Positions 17,023-26,149 of a stretch of 64,000 nt of DNA are shown piece after piece (the stretch's first letter is position 1; each line of letters opens with the position of its first letter). The notes beneath the pieces were generated by a model, which was not told the origin of the DNA, searched no databases, and worked only from the letters and a program-made list of their open reading frames with translations. The DNA comes from Nanobdellota archaeon (lineage in GTDB: Archaea; Nanobdellota; Nanobdellia; Pacearchaeales; GW2011-AR1): assembly GCA_038045945.1 (NCBI GenBank), contig JBBSXC010000004.1, forward strand, positions 35,077 to 99,076, read 5' to 3'. A program made the position numbers and the translations under genes.

Positions 17023-17430
17023 TTATTCTTCAAACATTGGGTCTTTCTGTGCTTGTGGTTGTTGGAACTGCATTCCAGGCTTGTATATCTCTGCGAATGA
17101 TGGTGTTGCTATGATAGTGTTTTCTCCAAATCCTGCTACACTACCATCTAAAGCTTCAACCGTCTTCTTAATTTTAGAAATTGCCCTCTTAAGTTCGACA
17201 ATGTCTCTTGATTTGATTTGTCTAATATCAATAACTGCTATTGTGTATCCTTCTCTTAAAGCAGCTAGTATGTCATTTATGTCTTCAAACTTCTTTATTA
17301 CGAAAGGTCTGATAATGATTTTTGATTTTTTCTCTTTTTGTTCAACGTCTATTTCAACATAATCTTCGTCGAATGATGAGTCTCTACCGAACAAGTTTGA
17401 AAAACCCTTTTTTAATGTGTCCATTGCCAT
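17023..17430 (-). CDS. sepF: Cell division protein SepF
   Basis: 135 aa. The core IIIRPFVIKKFEDINDILAALREGYTIAVIDIRQI...DGSVAGFGENTIIATP fits the SepF/DUF552 fold. FtsZ is encoded in the window. Confidence 0.65.
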   Translation of the reverse strand: MAMDTLKKGFSNLFGRDSSFDEDYVEIDVEQKEKKSKIIIRPFVIKKFEDINDILAALREGYTIAVIDIRQIKSRDIVELKRAISKIKKTVEALDGSVAGFGENTIIATPSFAEIYKPGMQFQQPQAQKDPMFEE

Positions 17431-17496
17431 GGATAGTTTAATAATTCAATGGTATTTAAAGATTTCTATAAAATTTTAGTATATTATTCCTCGTCG

Positions 17497-17829
17497 TTAC
17501 TTCGACGGCTTCTTCTTTGTGAATTCTTCACGAATTTTTTCTGCTCTTTCTGATAATTGTTTTTCTTGTGAATCCATTGCTTTAAGTCTTAAATTCAATA
17601 ATTTAACTTTTTTTTCTATTTCTGTCTTTATTGAGTCTTTATCTGACTTAATCATTACAGAACCTATAATTTTGAATACTTCCCCATCAGAGTTTTCTAA
17701 TTCTTCTAATGCGTGCTCACTCTCACTTAACTCAAAATCAAATGCTTGTTTCTGCATGCTTATGGAATGAAGATTTTGCTCAAGCATTTGTATTTCAGCT
17801 AGACTTTCAGAATCTATTTTCTCAGACAT
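17497..17829 (-). CDS. pfdB: Prefoldin beta subunit
   Basis: 110 aa coiled-coil protein with the central EVFKIIGSVMIKSDK beta-hairpin signature. In the conserved L37Ae-RpoP-prefoldin neighbourhood. Confidence 0.65.
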   Translation of the reverse strand: MSEKIDSESLAEIQMLEQNLHSISMQKQAFDFELSESEHALEELENSDGEVFKIIGSVMIKSDKDSIKTEIEKKVKLLNLRLKAMDSQEKQLSERAEKIREEFTKKKPSK

Positions 17830-17834
17830 TTTTG

Positions 17835-17972
17835 TTATATTGCCTTAATTTTCTTAACCGCTGTTCTTGGCTTGAAGAATATTTTTGACCCACAGTTAGG
17901 ACAAACAAACCTTGCTTCCAAGATTTTGTGTGTTGTTTTCTTATCGCACTTAAAACATTTATATGCTGCCAT
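17835..17972 (-). CDS. rpoP: DNA-directed RNA polymerase subunit P (RpoP/Rpc10)
   Basis: 45-aa ORF MAAYKCFKCDKKTTHKILEARFVCPNCGSKIFFKPRTAVKKIKAI with a CxxC...CxxC zinc ribbon. Below the ORF-track length cutoff, found by manual translation. Confidence 0.6.
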   Translation of the reverse strand: MAAYKCFKCDKKTTHKILEARFVCPNCGSKIFFKPRTAVKKIKAI

Positions 17973-18012
17973 TGATTATTTGTTGATTAACTTCCCTTTT
18001 AAATTTATTGAT

Positions 18013-18228
18013 TTATTTTAGGTAGTAAGCACTTGATGCGAATTCTTTACCACACTTCTTACAGTTCCATATTCCAGCTGATCTTCTCTTAGCTGTTGGT
18101 GACTTGCAGAATGGGCATACTTGTTTTCTTCTTTGTTTGCTTTCAACATTAACAAAGTTATCTCTAACCTTTCTACCGTAACCTACGGCGAATTTTCCCG
18201 CATGCTTTACTCTCTTTGTGTGTGCCAT
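18013..18228 (-). CDS. rpl37ae: Ribosomal protein L37Ae (eL43)
   Basis: 71 aa, KFAVGYGRKVRD...CPFCKS...AGIWNCKKCGKEFASSAYY is the typical eL43 zinc ribbon. Confidence 0.85.
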   Translation of the reverse strand: MAHTKRVKHAGKFAVGYGRKVRDNFVNVESKQRRKQVCPFCKSPTAKRRSAGIWNCKKCGKEFASSAYYLK

Positions 18229-18337
18229 GATTAAATAGTTGTAATCTCTCTAGAAAAAGAGGGTTTTTAAACCATTTGCTTTTACTTCTCTAAAATAGTC
18301 TCGAAGAGATTATATACTTTCTGACCTTTATTTATTA

Positions 18338-19219
18338 ATGGTAAAATTATACTATTCTAGGCTCTCTAATGAAGAAAAGTCGACGATTAAACAATTAACA
18401 GAGGATGGTAAAAGTTTGAGAGAAATAGCAAAAATAATGAGTCTTGGGATAACCACTATTTATTATTATACTAGAAAATTTAAACCAAAAGTAAAAGAAC
18501 CATTTGTTAATAAACTAAAAGATTTTGAAGTAGGCGAGCTTATTGGAGCTTTTGCTGGGGATGGGAGCTTTATTCATCGCTTTAAGACTAATGGTGGTAG
18601 AAACTCTCAATACACAGTCAGATACCATCTTTCTTTAATAACTGATAAAGAATATGCTTCATATCTAAGCTCATTACTAGAGAAAATTAATTTAAACCCG
18701 ATGACATCATTTGTAGAAAAGTCGCATAGGCTAGATGTTACAATAAACTCAAAAGATTTCTATAATCTTGTTAAAGAGTACTTAACCTGGAAGGAGGATA
18801 AAACACTTAGCATAGAATTATCAAAACCAATCAATGAATATTATGATGATTTCTTAAGAGGTTTTGCTAGAGGGATTATGGACACTGACGGTTTTTTAAA
18901 TGATGCTAACGCTGGATGCGCATGTATTTCTGAAAGATTGATTGATAACCTAGCAGAAATATTTATGAAGTTTAATCTAAATATCTCAAGAAGTTGCATT
19001 CAAAGATCTGGAAATAGAAGACAAATATTTTATATCAGAGTTTTAAGAAAGAGTCTTGAGGATTATATCAGGGATATAGGTTTCTCTAATTTGCACAAAT
19101 CAAAAAAATTAGAATTCTTGATAAATAAAAATGGGGCTGCCCAGATTCGAACTGGGATCATGAAGTCCCAAACCTCAGATACTAACCAAGTTGTACTACA
19201 GCCCCATCTGAATAGTTGA
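18338..19219 (+). CDS. Free-standing HTH plus double-motif LAGLIDADG endonuclease-like protein
   Basis: N-terminal HTH (LTEDGKSLREIAKIMSLGITTIYYY). First LAGLIDADG motif LIGAFAGDGSF, second FLRGFARGIMDTDGFL. The open frame runs ~88 nt antisense through the tRNA-Pro gene, so the true C-terminus is uncertain. Confidence 0.55.
   Translation: MVKLYYSRLSNEEKSTIKQLTEDGKSLREIAKIMSLGITTIYYYTRKFKPKVKEPFVNKLKDFEVGELIGAFAGDGSFIHRFKTNGGRNSQYTVRYHLSLITDKEYASYLSSLLEKINLNPMTSFVEKSHRLDVTINSKDFYNLVKEYLTWKEDKTLSIELSKPINEYYDDFLRGFARGIMDTDGFLNDANAGCACISERLIDNLAEIFMKFNLNISRSCIQRSGNRRQIFYIRVLRKSLEDYIRDIGFSNLHKSKKLEFLINKNGAAQIRTGIMKSQTSDTNQVVLQPHLNS
19132..19205 (-). tRNA. tRNA-Pro (anticodon TGG)
   Basis: Manual fold: acceptor GGGGCTG/CAGCCCC, D stem GTAC/GTAT, anticodon stem TGAGG/CTTCA with loop TTTGGGA, T arm CCCAG-TTCGAAT-CTGGG, discriminator A. 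74 nt, CCA not encoded. Confidence 0.8.
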
Positions 19220-19269
19220 ATTTAGAAGCGTTTTTAATCCTTTTGTATAACAAACTCAGAAAATAAAAA

Positions 19270-20028
19270 TTACTTCTTAGCTGCCGGTTTCTTAGCAGCT
19301 GCTGCTGGTGTTGCCACTGCCCCTGCTGCCGGCTTTCCTGCAGCTGCTGGTGTTGCTGCTGCCTCTCCAGGTTTAGCTGCTCCAGTACCGACTGTGCCTG
19401 CTGTTTTTCCAGCTGCGGCTGTTGCTGCAGCCTTTGCTGCTTCTTCTTCAGCCTTCTTCTCTTGCTCTTTCTTGAGCTCTAGTTCTTGTTTAGTCTTTAA
19501 TTCACTAAAGTATTTGTCTAAAGCTTTTCTTTTTTCTTCATCTACTTCTGTTTTTTCCAGCTTTATTTCCTTATCATAAATTCCCTTATCTATTTCTTTC
19601 ATTACTTCTTTAGGGTTTTTACTCTCTATAAGTATCCCAGCACTTACGCATGACCCTACGACTATTTTTACTGCTGATTTGAATCCCGATACCATCATTC
19701 CTTGCTGCTTAATCTTTGCTACACCAATTATTTGTTCTATTGCTAAGTTTCCCACTTTTTGCGTTTTTGCGCTTCCTGATGCACTCTCTATTCCTAACTC
19801 TTTCTTAAGTAAAGCCGAAGTTGGAGGTGTTGATACTTTTACGTCGAATGCTTTTGTTTTTGTGTTAACGTCTAATGCTACTGGTACTTTCATTCCTTTG
19901 AATTCTTTTGTTGATGCATTAACTTTTGCTATTACTTGGCCTATGTTTACTCCAACAGGCCCTAGTTGCTGAGCTATTGTTGGTCCTGGCTTCATGTCCC
20001 CACCATCTACAAGCAATTTAATTATCAT
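19270..20028 (-). CDS. rpl11: Ribosomal protein L11 (uL11) with a ~90-aa Ala/Lys/Pro-rich C-terminal extension
   Basis: The N-terminal 160 aa (KPGPTIAQQLGPVGVNIGQV...KVPVALDV) is canonical uL11. The C-terminal tail ...AAKAAATAAAGKTAGTVGTGAAKPGEAAATPAAAGKPAAGAVATPAAAAKKPAAKK is low-complexity and histone-H1-like. Confidence 0.8.
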   Translation of the reverse strand: MIIKLLVDGGDMKPGPTIAQQLGPVGVNIGQVIAKVNASTKEFKGMKVPVALDVNTKTKAFDVKVSTPPTSALLKKELGIESASGSAKTQKVGNLAIEQIIGVAKIKQQGMMVSGFKSAVKIVVGSCVSAGILIESKNPKEVMKEIDKGIYDKEIKLEKTEVDEEKRKALDKYFSELKTKQELELKKEQEKKAEEEAAKAAATAAAGKTAGTVGTGAAKPGEAAATPAAAGKPAAGAVATPAAAAKKPAAKK

Positions 20029-20528
20029 GTGAATAAGTCCTCATCATCTGTGTCGTTTTCTTCGCTTTTTAATTCTTCCGCTTCATCTCTTCTTATGATT
20101 CTTAAGTTGTCTAACTTTACTGTTACTGGTATTGGTATCGCTGCTGACAGTATCGTTACTACTACTTCTCCCTTTTGTTTGTCTACTCTTACTACCTTTG
20201 CTTTTTCTTTCTTGAATGGTTCCGCAATCATTTCAACAATGTCATTCTTCTCAATATTTATGTCTTCAACAGTTGGTTCTAACATAGTCTTTATTTCTTC
20301 ATAAGTTACTGTTTTTCCGATTATTCCTTTCACGTATTGTAAGTTGAATGCTGCTTCTTCTGCATTAGCTCGATCAAGTGCTTCTAGAAGTACGTATCCT
20401 CGTAAACCATGAGGTCTTGACATTGCATAAACTGCTAATCCTTTCTTTCTAACTCTGTCAGCTATCGATTCTAATGCTCGATCTTCCTTGTTTGTTGTTA
20501 CTTTTATTACGAATATTGATGATGCCAT
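20025..20528 (-). CDS. spt5: Transcription elongation factor Spt5 (NusG homolog)
   Basis: 167 aa with NGN plus KOW architecture. In the conserved SecE-Spt5-L11 arrangement. Confidence 0.75.
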   Translation of the reverse strand: MASSIFVIKVTTNKEDRALESIADRVRKKGLAVYAMSRPHGLRGYVLLEALDRANAEEAAFNLQYVKGIIGKTVTYEEIKTMLEPTVEDINIEKNDIVEMIAEPFKKEKAKVVRVDKQKGEVVVTILSAAIPIPVTVKLDNLRIIRRDEAEELKSEENDTDDEDLFT

Positions 20529-20623
20529 ATTATTTGTTTTTTAATCCCAGATAAGTGTTTAATTTATCTAGAATAAAGATTAAAGTGAAATTAGGGTATT
20601 TATAGGTTTCTATAAAAAAATTG

Positions 20624-20815
20624 TTATTTGAACAAGCTCAGAATTATTGATATTAGGAATCCTAATAGTCCTAAAGCTAATATTCCTAAACCAGAAATTT
20701 TTGCTATTGACTTAAACTCATTCATGCTTGGTTTTCTAAGTAGAGACCAAACTCTTGCACATTGAACGAAGAAAGACTTCAAATCAACAATTTTATCCTT
20801 AACAGTCATAAACAA
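20624..20815 (-). CDS. secE: Preprotein translocase SecE (Sec61 gamma)
   Basis: 63 aa with a single C-terminal TM (ISGLGILALGLLGFLISIILSLF). Conserved position upstream of spt5. Confidence 0.6.
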   Translation of the reverse strand: MFMTVKDKIVDLKSFFVQCARVWSLLRKPSMNEFKSIAKISGLGILALGLLGFLISIILSLFK

Positions 20816-20862
20816 ATATGAGAAAAGAATGTTTTTAAACTTTGAGATTAAGAGATGACTAT

Positions 20863-22671
20863 ATGAACGAAGAGATTAATATGTCAAAAACAGAATGGGA
20901 TTTAGAAATACTAAAAACTAAAGGGGATGAACAGTTCGATAATTATTGGAACAAACTTGAAAGAAGCTATCAAGAGTTCATAAAAAAATGGAAAGAAAGA
21001 AAAGACTACTTAGAAAAACCAGAAGTACTAAAAGAAGCGTTAGATGAATACGAATTATTATTACAAGAATACGCTTCAGGTGGAAGAATAACTTATTATT
21101 ATGCTCTAAGAAACCAACAAGACCAAAACGATATAGAAATAAAAGCAAAACTAGCAAAAATCGAGGATAAAGCAACAAAACTAGGTAATGAAATACAATT
21201 CTTCTCACTAAACATAGCAAAAATACCGATAGAATCACAAAAATCTTTCTTAACAAGCAAAAGTTTAACAGATTACAAACACTTTTTAGAAAAATCTTTT
21301 TCTGAAAGCGCGCACTTATTAACAGAACCTGAAGAAAAAATAATGAACCTAAAAGCTAGCACTTCACACTCAAAATGGGTTGAAATGGTAGAGAGACTGA
21401 TATCAAAAGAAGTAAGAAAAATAATCATTGATAAAGAAGAAGTAGAAAAAAACTTTTGGGAATTAGTAAGCTTAACAAGCGACACAAAAAAAGAAGTTCG
21501 AGACCAAGCAGCAAAATATGTTAATGAAATAATAGTGAAAGTTTATGATGTCGCAGAAGAAGAAATTAACGCCATCTTAACAGATAAAAAGGTAGATGAC
21601 GAATTAAGAAAGTTTTCTCGACCAGACCAAGCAAGACACTTAGGTGATGACTTAGATACTAGAGTTGTTGATTCCTTAGTCAGAGCAGTAACTAAAAACT
21701 TTGATATCCCAAAAAAGTTTTATGAACTAAAAGCAAAACTCCTGGGGCAAAAGAAGCTTGCTTATCACGAAAGGAATGTCCCTTATGGAAAAATTGAAAA
21801 AAAGTATTCTTATGAAGAATCAGTAAGACTAGTACACGAAGTGCTTAATAATTTAGACCAAGAATTTGGAGAAATATTTAAAGGATTCGTCCAAGGAGGA
21901 AACATTGACGTTAAACCAAGAAAGGGTAAGAGTGGAGGAGCCTTCTGCATCCACTTCGGAAAAAACTTACCAACATACATACTACTAAACCACACAGAAA
22001 GACTGCAAGATGTATTAACAATAGCCCATGAAACAGGCCATGGAATTAATAATGAACTTATTAAGAGGAAACAAAACTCTATAAATTTCGGGACACCAGT
22101 ATCAACAGCTGAGTGCGCTAGCACATTCATGGAAGACTTCGTACTACAAAAACTAATGAATGATGCTGACGATGAACTTAAGCTAACACTTATGATAATG
22201 AAGCTAGGTGATGACGTAAGCACAATATTCAGACAGATTGCTTGTTATAATTTTGAATCAGAGCTTCATAAAGAAGTAAGAGATAAGGGCTTCTTGTCAA
22301 AAGAAGACATCGGCAAAATTTTTCAGAAGCATATGTCCGCGTACATGGGACCTGCAGTTGAACAAGACCCGGGCAGCGAAAACTGGTGGGTTTATTGGAG
22401 CCATATTAGAAGAATGTTCTACGTTTATTCTTATTCCTCTGGGCTTCTAATCTCTAAATCAATGCAGAACAAGGTTAAAAACGATAAAAAATTTGTTGAG
22501 AAAGTTAAAGAATTCTTAAGCGCAGGAGAAGCCGACTCTCCTAAAAACATCTTCTTAAAAATGGGCATAGACATCAGCGACGAAAATTTTTGGGAAGAAG
22601 GAATAAAAGAAGTAAGAACACTCTTAGTTGAAACTGAAGAATTAGCAAAGAAACTAGGAAAAACAAAGTAA
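20863..22671 (+). CDS. pepF: M3-family oligoendopeptidase F-like metallopeptidase
   Basis: About 600 aa with the HExxH zinc motif IAHETGHGI. The track ORF starts at TTG 20842; the first ATG is 20863. Confidence 0.75.
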   Translation: MNEEINMSKTEWDLEILKTKGDEQFDNYWNKLERSYQEFIKKWKERKDYLEKPEVLKEALDEYELLLQEYASGGRITYYYALRNQQDQNDIEIKAKLAKIEDKATKLGNEIQFFSLNIAKIPIESQKSFLTSKSLTDYKHFLEKSFSESAHLLTEPEEKIMNLKASTSHSKWVEMVERLISKEVRKIIIDKEEVEKNFWELVSLTSDTKKEVRDQAAKYVNEIIVKVYDVAEEEINAILTDKKVDDELRKFSRPDQARHLGDDLDTRVVDSLVRAVTKNFDIPKKFYELKAKLLGQKKLAYHERNVPYGKIEKKYSYEESVRLVHEVLNNLDQEFGEIFKGFVQGGNIDVKPRKGKSGGAFCIHFGKNLPTYILLNHTERLQDVLTIAHETGHGINNELIKRKQNSINFGTPVSTAECASTFMEDFVLQKLMNDADDELKLTLMIMKLGDDVSTIFRQIACYNFESELHKEVRDKGFLSKEDIGKIFQKHMSAYMGPAVEQDPGSENWWVYWSHIRRMFYVYSYSSGLLISKSMQNKVKNDKKFVEKVKEFLSAGEADSPKNIFLKMGIDISDENFWEEGIKEVRTLLVETEELAKKLGKTK

Positions 22672-22711
22672 TCACAACTATTCTTTTAAACTAATAAAAT
22701 ATTAAGTTTTT

Positions 22712-23461
22712 ATGCCAGAACTAAGAAGACTTGAGGAATATGGACCATTCTTTACCAATAACGATAAACCTTTAGACATTGAGAGGTTGAGAAAACTTCA
22801 TGAACTCGTAGGAGAATTTAGAGAACAATTTCTAACAAATAAAGACTTACAAGATTTACTCATGAATAGAGGGTACGAATTAGAGGAGGAAGACAGACCA
22901 AGTTCATGGTATGAACTAACTGGCGGACCGCCAACATTAAGAGTTCAAAACGCTAGGCATCTAACAGCAGTTGAGGTAATGATGGATTTAGCAACAAGAC
23001 CAAGACTTGTAGCACTGGAAAAAACTAGGATACTAATTCCTGGAAAAAAAGACGAAACTAGAGTAATTACTCCTGAAGGTTATGACGCAGGAAAAGTTGA
23101 AATTCTTCAAAGAGAATGGATGGAAAACAGCGATATAACACCAACAATTAGGGAATATAGAGATTTGTTAACTGCTTCTTTAGACGAATTCAATTTACAA
23201 TTAGTTCTAAGTATGACCTTTAATGCAAGTAGAAGCGCATTCATCGATGAAAAATGGGAATCAGGAAGACTTCAAAGACGAACGCAAGAAATAGTTTTTC
23301 CGAATGGATATTCCGCCCTTGACAACGGATATTACAATTTTGCTAGAAGAAAATTCTTCCATTGTGCGGCAACATACGAAAAACTTCAGGAATCAGGATT
23401 TGCTAGAAGATTCACTTTAACACAAAAAGAAGCAATAACTGGAAAAATCGAGAATAGATAA
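22712..23461 (+). CDS. Hypothetical protein
   Basis: 249 aa, soluble, no motif recognised. Confidence 0.4.
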   Translation: MPELRRLEEYGPFFTNNDKPLDIERLRKLHELVGEFREQFLTNKDLQDLLMNRGYELEEEDRPSSWYELTGGPPTLRVQNARHLTAVEVMMDLATRPRLVALEKTRILIPGKKDETRVITPEGYDAGKVEILQREWMENSDITPTIREYRDLLTASLDEFNLQLVLSMTFNASRSAFIDEKWESGRLQRRTQEIVFPNGYSALDNGYYNFARRKFFHCAATYEKLQESGFARRFTLTQKEAITGKIENR

Positions 23462-23556
23462 TAAATTTAATAACAGAAACGGAGGAATTAGCAAAGAGGT
23501 TAAGGAAGATAAAATAGACTTATAGCCTAAACTAAGCTCTTAACTTTTTAATGATC

Positions 23557-24312
23557 TTATTTATTTTTGAAATATTCTCTTAATACCGGTTCTTGCATTA
23601 CTGCGTGTAATGATCCCATAACTGCTAAAACTCTCTTTTCTTTCTCTAGTTCCATCGGTATAATCTCCACACAATGAAGATCTCTCAAGACACTTGAGCG
23701 ACGCGCTACACTATTAAAAACTGAAGGTTTGCTCGAGCCATATGGGCGAAACATTGCTCCGTTGAGCGAGGTTATATCAAAGTCTTCTCCAAATATCTCT
23801 TTGTATGTTCCTTTTATGTTTTCGAACGAGTAATCAAATTCTTTCCAGGGACTCTTATCCTTGAAACTTCTTATTATGCGTTCTATATCTGCAGTTTCTG
23901 GACGAAACTTAAGAGCTTGTCGTAAATTTCGTAAGACAAAAAAAGCAAATAACGTCTTTTGAGAGTATTCACTTTCTAACGCAGATAGTTCTTCTCTTCT
24001 CGTTAGGTCCCATCCTCTCACCTGGAGGTTATCCTTTTTTGCTAGAAATCCCGCATAAGCGTTTTCTCCTTTGTGTATTGCTTCTTTCTCTGTTTTACTC
24101 TCATCTGTTTGCCAGTTTCCTTCTAATAATACTACTTTTGGCTTGAAACTCTCAAGCTCTCTTTCTAGGATTGATAATTGAGGATCTCGAGGATTATTAG
24201 TATGACTCGTTCCAAAGACACAAAGATCAAAAGCATTAGCCCTTAGTCTGTATGTGTATGGTAGATCATACTTTATTGCGATACATTCTTCATGTGTAAG
24301 AAGTTTGGCCAT
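23557..24312 (-). CDS. TraB/GumN-family protein
   Basis: N-terminal CVFGTSHTNNP...KPKVVLLE and C-terminal RVLAVMGSLHAVMQ resemble the conserved GTxH...E and GxxH blocks of the TraB (PrgY-like) family. Confidence 0.45.
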   Translation of the reverse strand: MAKLLTHEECIAIKYDLPYTYRLRANAFDLCVFGTSHTNNPRDPQLSILERELESFKPKVVLLEGNWQTDESKTEKEAIHKGENAYAGFLAKKDNLQVRGWDLTRREELSALESEYSQKTLFAFFVLRNLRQALKFRPETADIERIIRSFKDKSPWKEFDYSFENIKGTYKEIFGEDFDITSLNGAMFRPYGSSKPSVFNSVARRSSVLRDLHCVEIIPMELEKEKRVLAVMGSLHAVMQEPVLREYFKNK

Positions 24313-24336
24313 CTATTTAGACCCTGCCTGGATTTT

Positions 24337-25437
24337 TCATTCAACGAATTCTATTCCTAATTCGTCGCTCATCTCCATTTGTTTTCTTTCTTCAGGAGTT
24401 GATGATGAACTACCAACTATTTGTGATGATTTAACACCAGTAACAATTACTAAAACCCTTATTGATTTATCCATGTCCTCAGATATTTGTGCTCCACCAA
24501 TCATTCTAGCATCAGGGTTAAGTCTAGTACCAACGTATTCCAAAACCGTTTTGTACTCATCAAGACTTAAATCGTTACCACCGATAACATTAACTAAAGC
24601 TCCTTCAGCGTTACTAATATCAACATCTAATAGAGGATTCTGAATTGCTTTCTCAACAGCTTCAGTCGCTCTCTGAGCAGAATCAGATTCTCCCATACCA
24701 ATCATTGAAACGCCACCATTAGACATAACAGCCCTAACATCAGCAAAATCCAAATTAACAAGACCTGTTTTTGTAACTAATTCAGTAATACCTTTAACGG
24801 CATTGGTTAATATTTCATCAGCAATTTTGAAAGCAGTAGGTAAAGGTAATTCTGGGGCTAATTCTAAAAGTTTATCATTAGGAATAACTATCAAGGTATC
24901 AACAATTCCCTCAAGTCTTTCAAGACCATAATAAGCATTCTCGATTCTCTTATTACCTTCAATAGTGAATGGTAGGGTAACAACACCTATTGTTAGCGCT
25001 CCTTGTTTCTTAGCCAAGTCAGCTACAACTGGCGCTGCACCAGTACCTGTTCCACCACCAAGACCACAAGTAATGAATATCATATCAGCACCACTCAACT
25101 TCTTCTTAATTTCTGATTCTTGCTCTCTAGCTGCTTCCTCACCGATTTTAGGATTAGAACCAGCACCTAAACCCTTAGTTAGTTCTCTACCAATGAGTAT
25201 TTTGTGATCAGCATTAGTGTATAATAAGTCCTGAGCATCTGTATTAATAGCGATGAAGTCTCCGCCTTTAATTCCGACCTCTTTCATACGACTAAGAGTG
25301 TTATTACCACCACCACCTATACCAACAACTTTAACCTTAGCTGACTGTTTCTTAATAAGCTCCTCTAATTCCTTATCAACCTCTAAAAGTTCAGCGCTAG
25401 AACTATCATCTCCCCTTTTAGAAAAAATCTCTGCCAT
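24337..25437 (-). CDS. ftsZ: Cell division GTPase FtsZ
   Basis: VVGIGGGGNNTLSRM, the tubulin signature GLGGGTGTGAAPVVA, and NTDAQDL. Start set to ATG 25437; the track uses TTG 25455. Confidence 0.95.
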   Translation of the reverse strand: MAEIFSKRGDDSSSAELLEVDKELEELIKKQSAKVKVVGIGGGGNNTLSRMKEVGIKGGDFIAINTDAQDLLYTNADHKILIGRELTKGLGAGSNPKIGEEAAREQESEIKKKLSGADMIFITCGLGGGTGTGAAPVVADLAKKQGALTIGVVTLPFTIEGNKRIENAYYGLERLEGIVDTLIVIPNDKLLELAPELPLPTAFKIADEILTNAVKGITELVTKTGLVNLDFADVRAVMSNGGVSMIGMGESDSAQRATEAVEKAIQNPLLDVDISNAEGALVNVIGGNDLSLDEYKTVLEYVGTRLNPDARMIGGAQISEDMDKSIRVLVIVTGVKSSQIVGSSSSTPEERKQMEMSDELGIEFVE

Positions 25438-25482
25438 GAAATTAAAAATTGTCAAATAACTATATAAAGATTTATGTGATAT

Positions 25483-26121
25483 TTATCCAAAACTTCCGTC
25501 AGGAAATAATCGACTTATGTCAGAAGAAACTTTAGGAATTTTCTGCCCAGCATCCACAACACGAACTAAACCCTTTCCCAAGTAATGTTTAACAACAGGC
25601 TCGGTTTCCTTAGAGTAAAGGTTTAGTCTTTTCCTAATAGCTTGCGGCTTATCATCATCCCTAACAACTAGTTCTGAATGGCAAGCATCACACTTACCCT
25701 TCTTACTACTAGGTTTTGCAGGACCATAAATAGCCCTACAATTTGAACATTGTTCTCTGCCAGAAAGCCTCTTAATAGCAGAATTTTCGTTTAAGTCTAA
25801 AAGAATAACCCCACCAAGAGAAAAATCTTGATCAAACATTCTTGCCTGATTAAGAGTTCTAGGAAAACCATCCAATAAAACATTTTTATCATCACCAATA
25901 CTTAACAGTTTTCCCTTAATCATAGAATAAGTTAAATCATCAGAGGCAAGCTCCCCTCTAGCCATTGCTGACTCTATACTTCTGCCAATCTTTGTTTTAC
26001 GACTTATCTCATCACGAATCATTTCACCAGTGCTTAAAACAGTATAACCATAACTTTTCGCAATATAATCAGCTTGAGTGCCCTTACCAGAACCCTGAAT
26101 ACCCATAATTGTAAGAATCAT
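25483..26121 (-). CDS. adk: Adenylate kinase (long form with zinc-binding lid)
   Basis: P-loop GIQGSGKGTQ plus a CSNC...CDAC lid motif. Confidence 0.9.
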   Translation of the reverse strand: MILTIMGIQGSGKGTQADYIAKSYGYTVLSTGEMIRDEISRKTKIGRSIESAMARGELASDDLTYSMIKGKLLSIGDDKNVLLDGFPRTLNQARMFDQDFSLGGVILLDLNENSAIKRLSGREQCSNCRAIYGPAKPSSKKGKCDACHSELVVRDDDKPQAIRKRLNLYSKETEPVVKHYLGKGLVRVVDAGQKIPKVSSDISRLFPDGSFG

Positions 26122-26149
26122 AAAAAAATTATAGAAACAAGACTTTTTA

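Noticed and set aside
18338-19219. LAGLIDADG gene being a tRNA-intron- or intein-encoded homing endonuclease
   Set aside because: The tRNA-Pro gene is intact and unsplit on the opposite strand and no host protein frame surrounds the ORF. Described as free-standing.
22712-24312. Arg-rich proteins (22712, 23557 and others) as horizontally acquired on composition alone
   Set aside because: They use AGA/AGG Arg codons like the native genes, so amino-acid composition alone is not evidence of foreign origin. Only 15799-16344 shows GC-rich codons.
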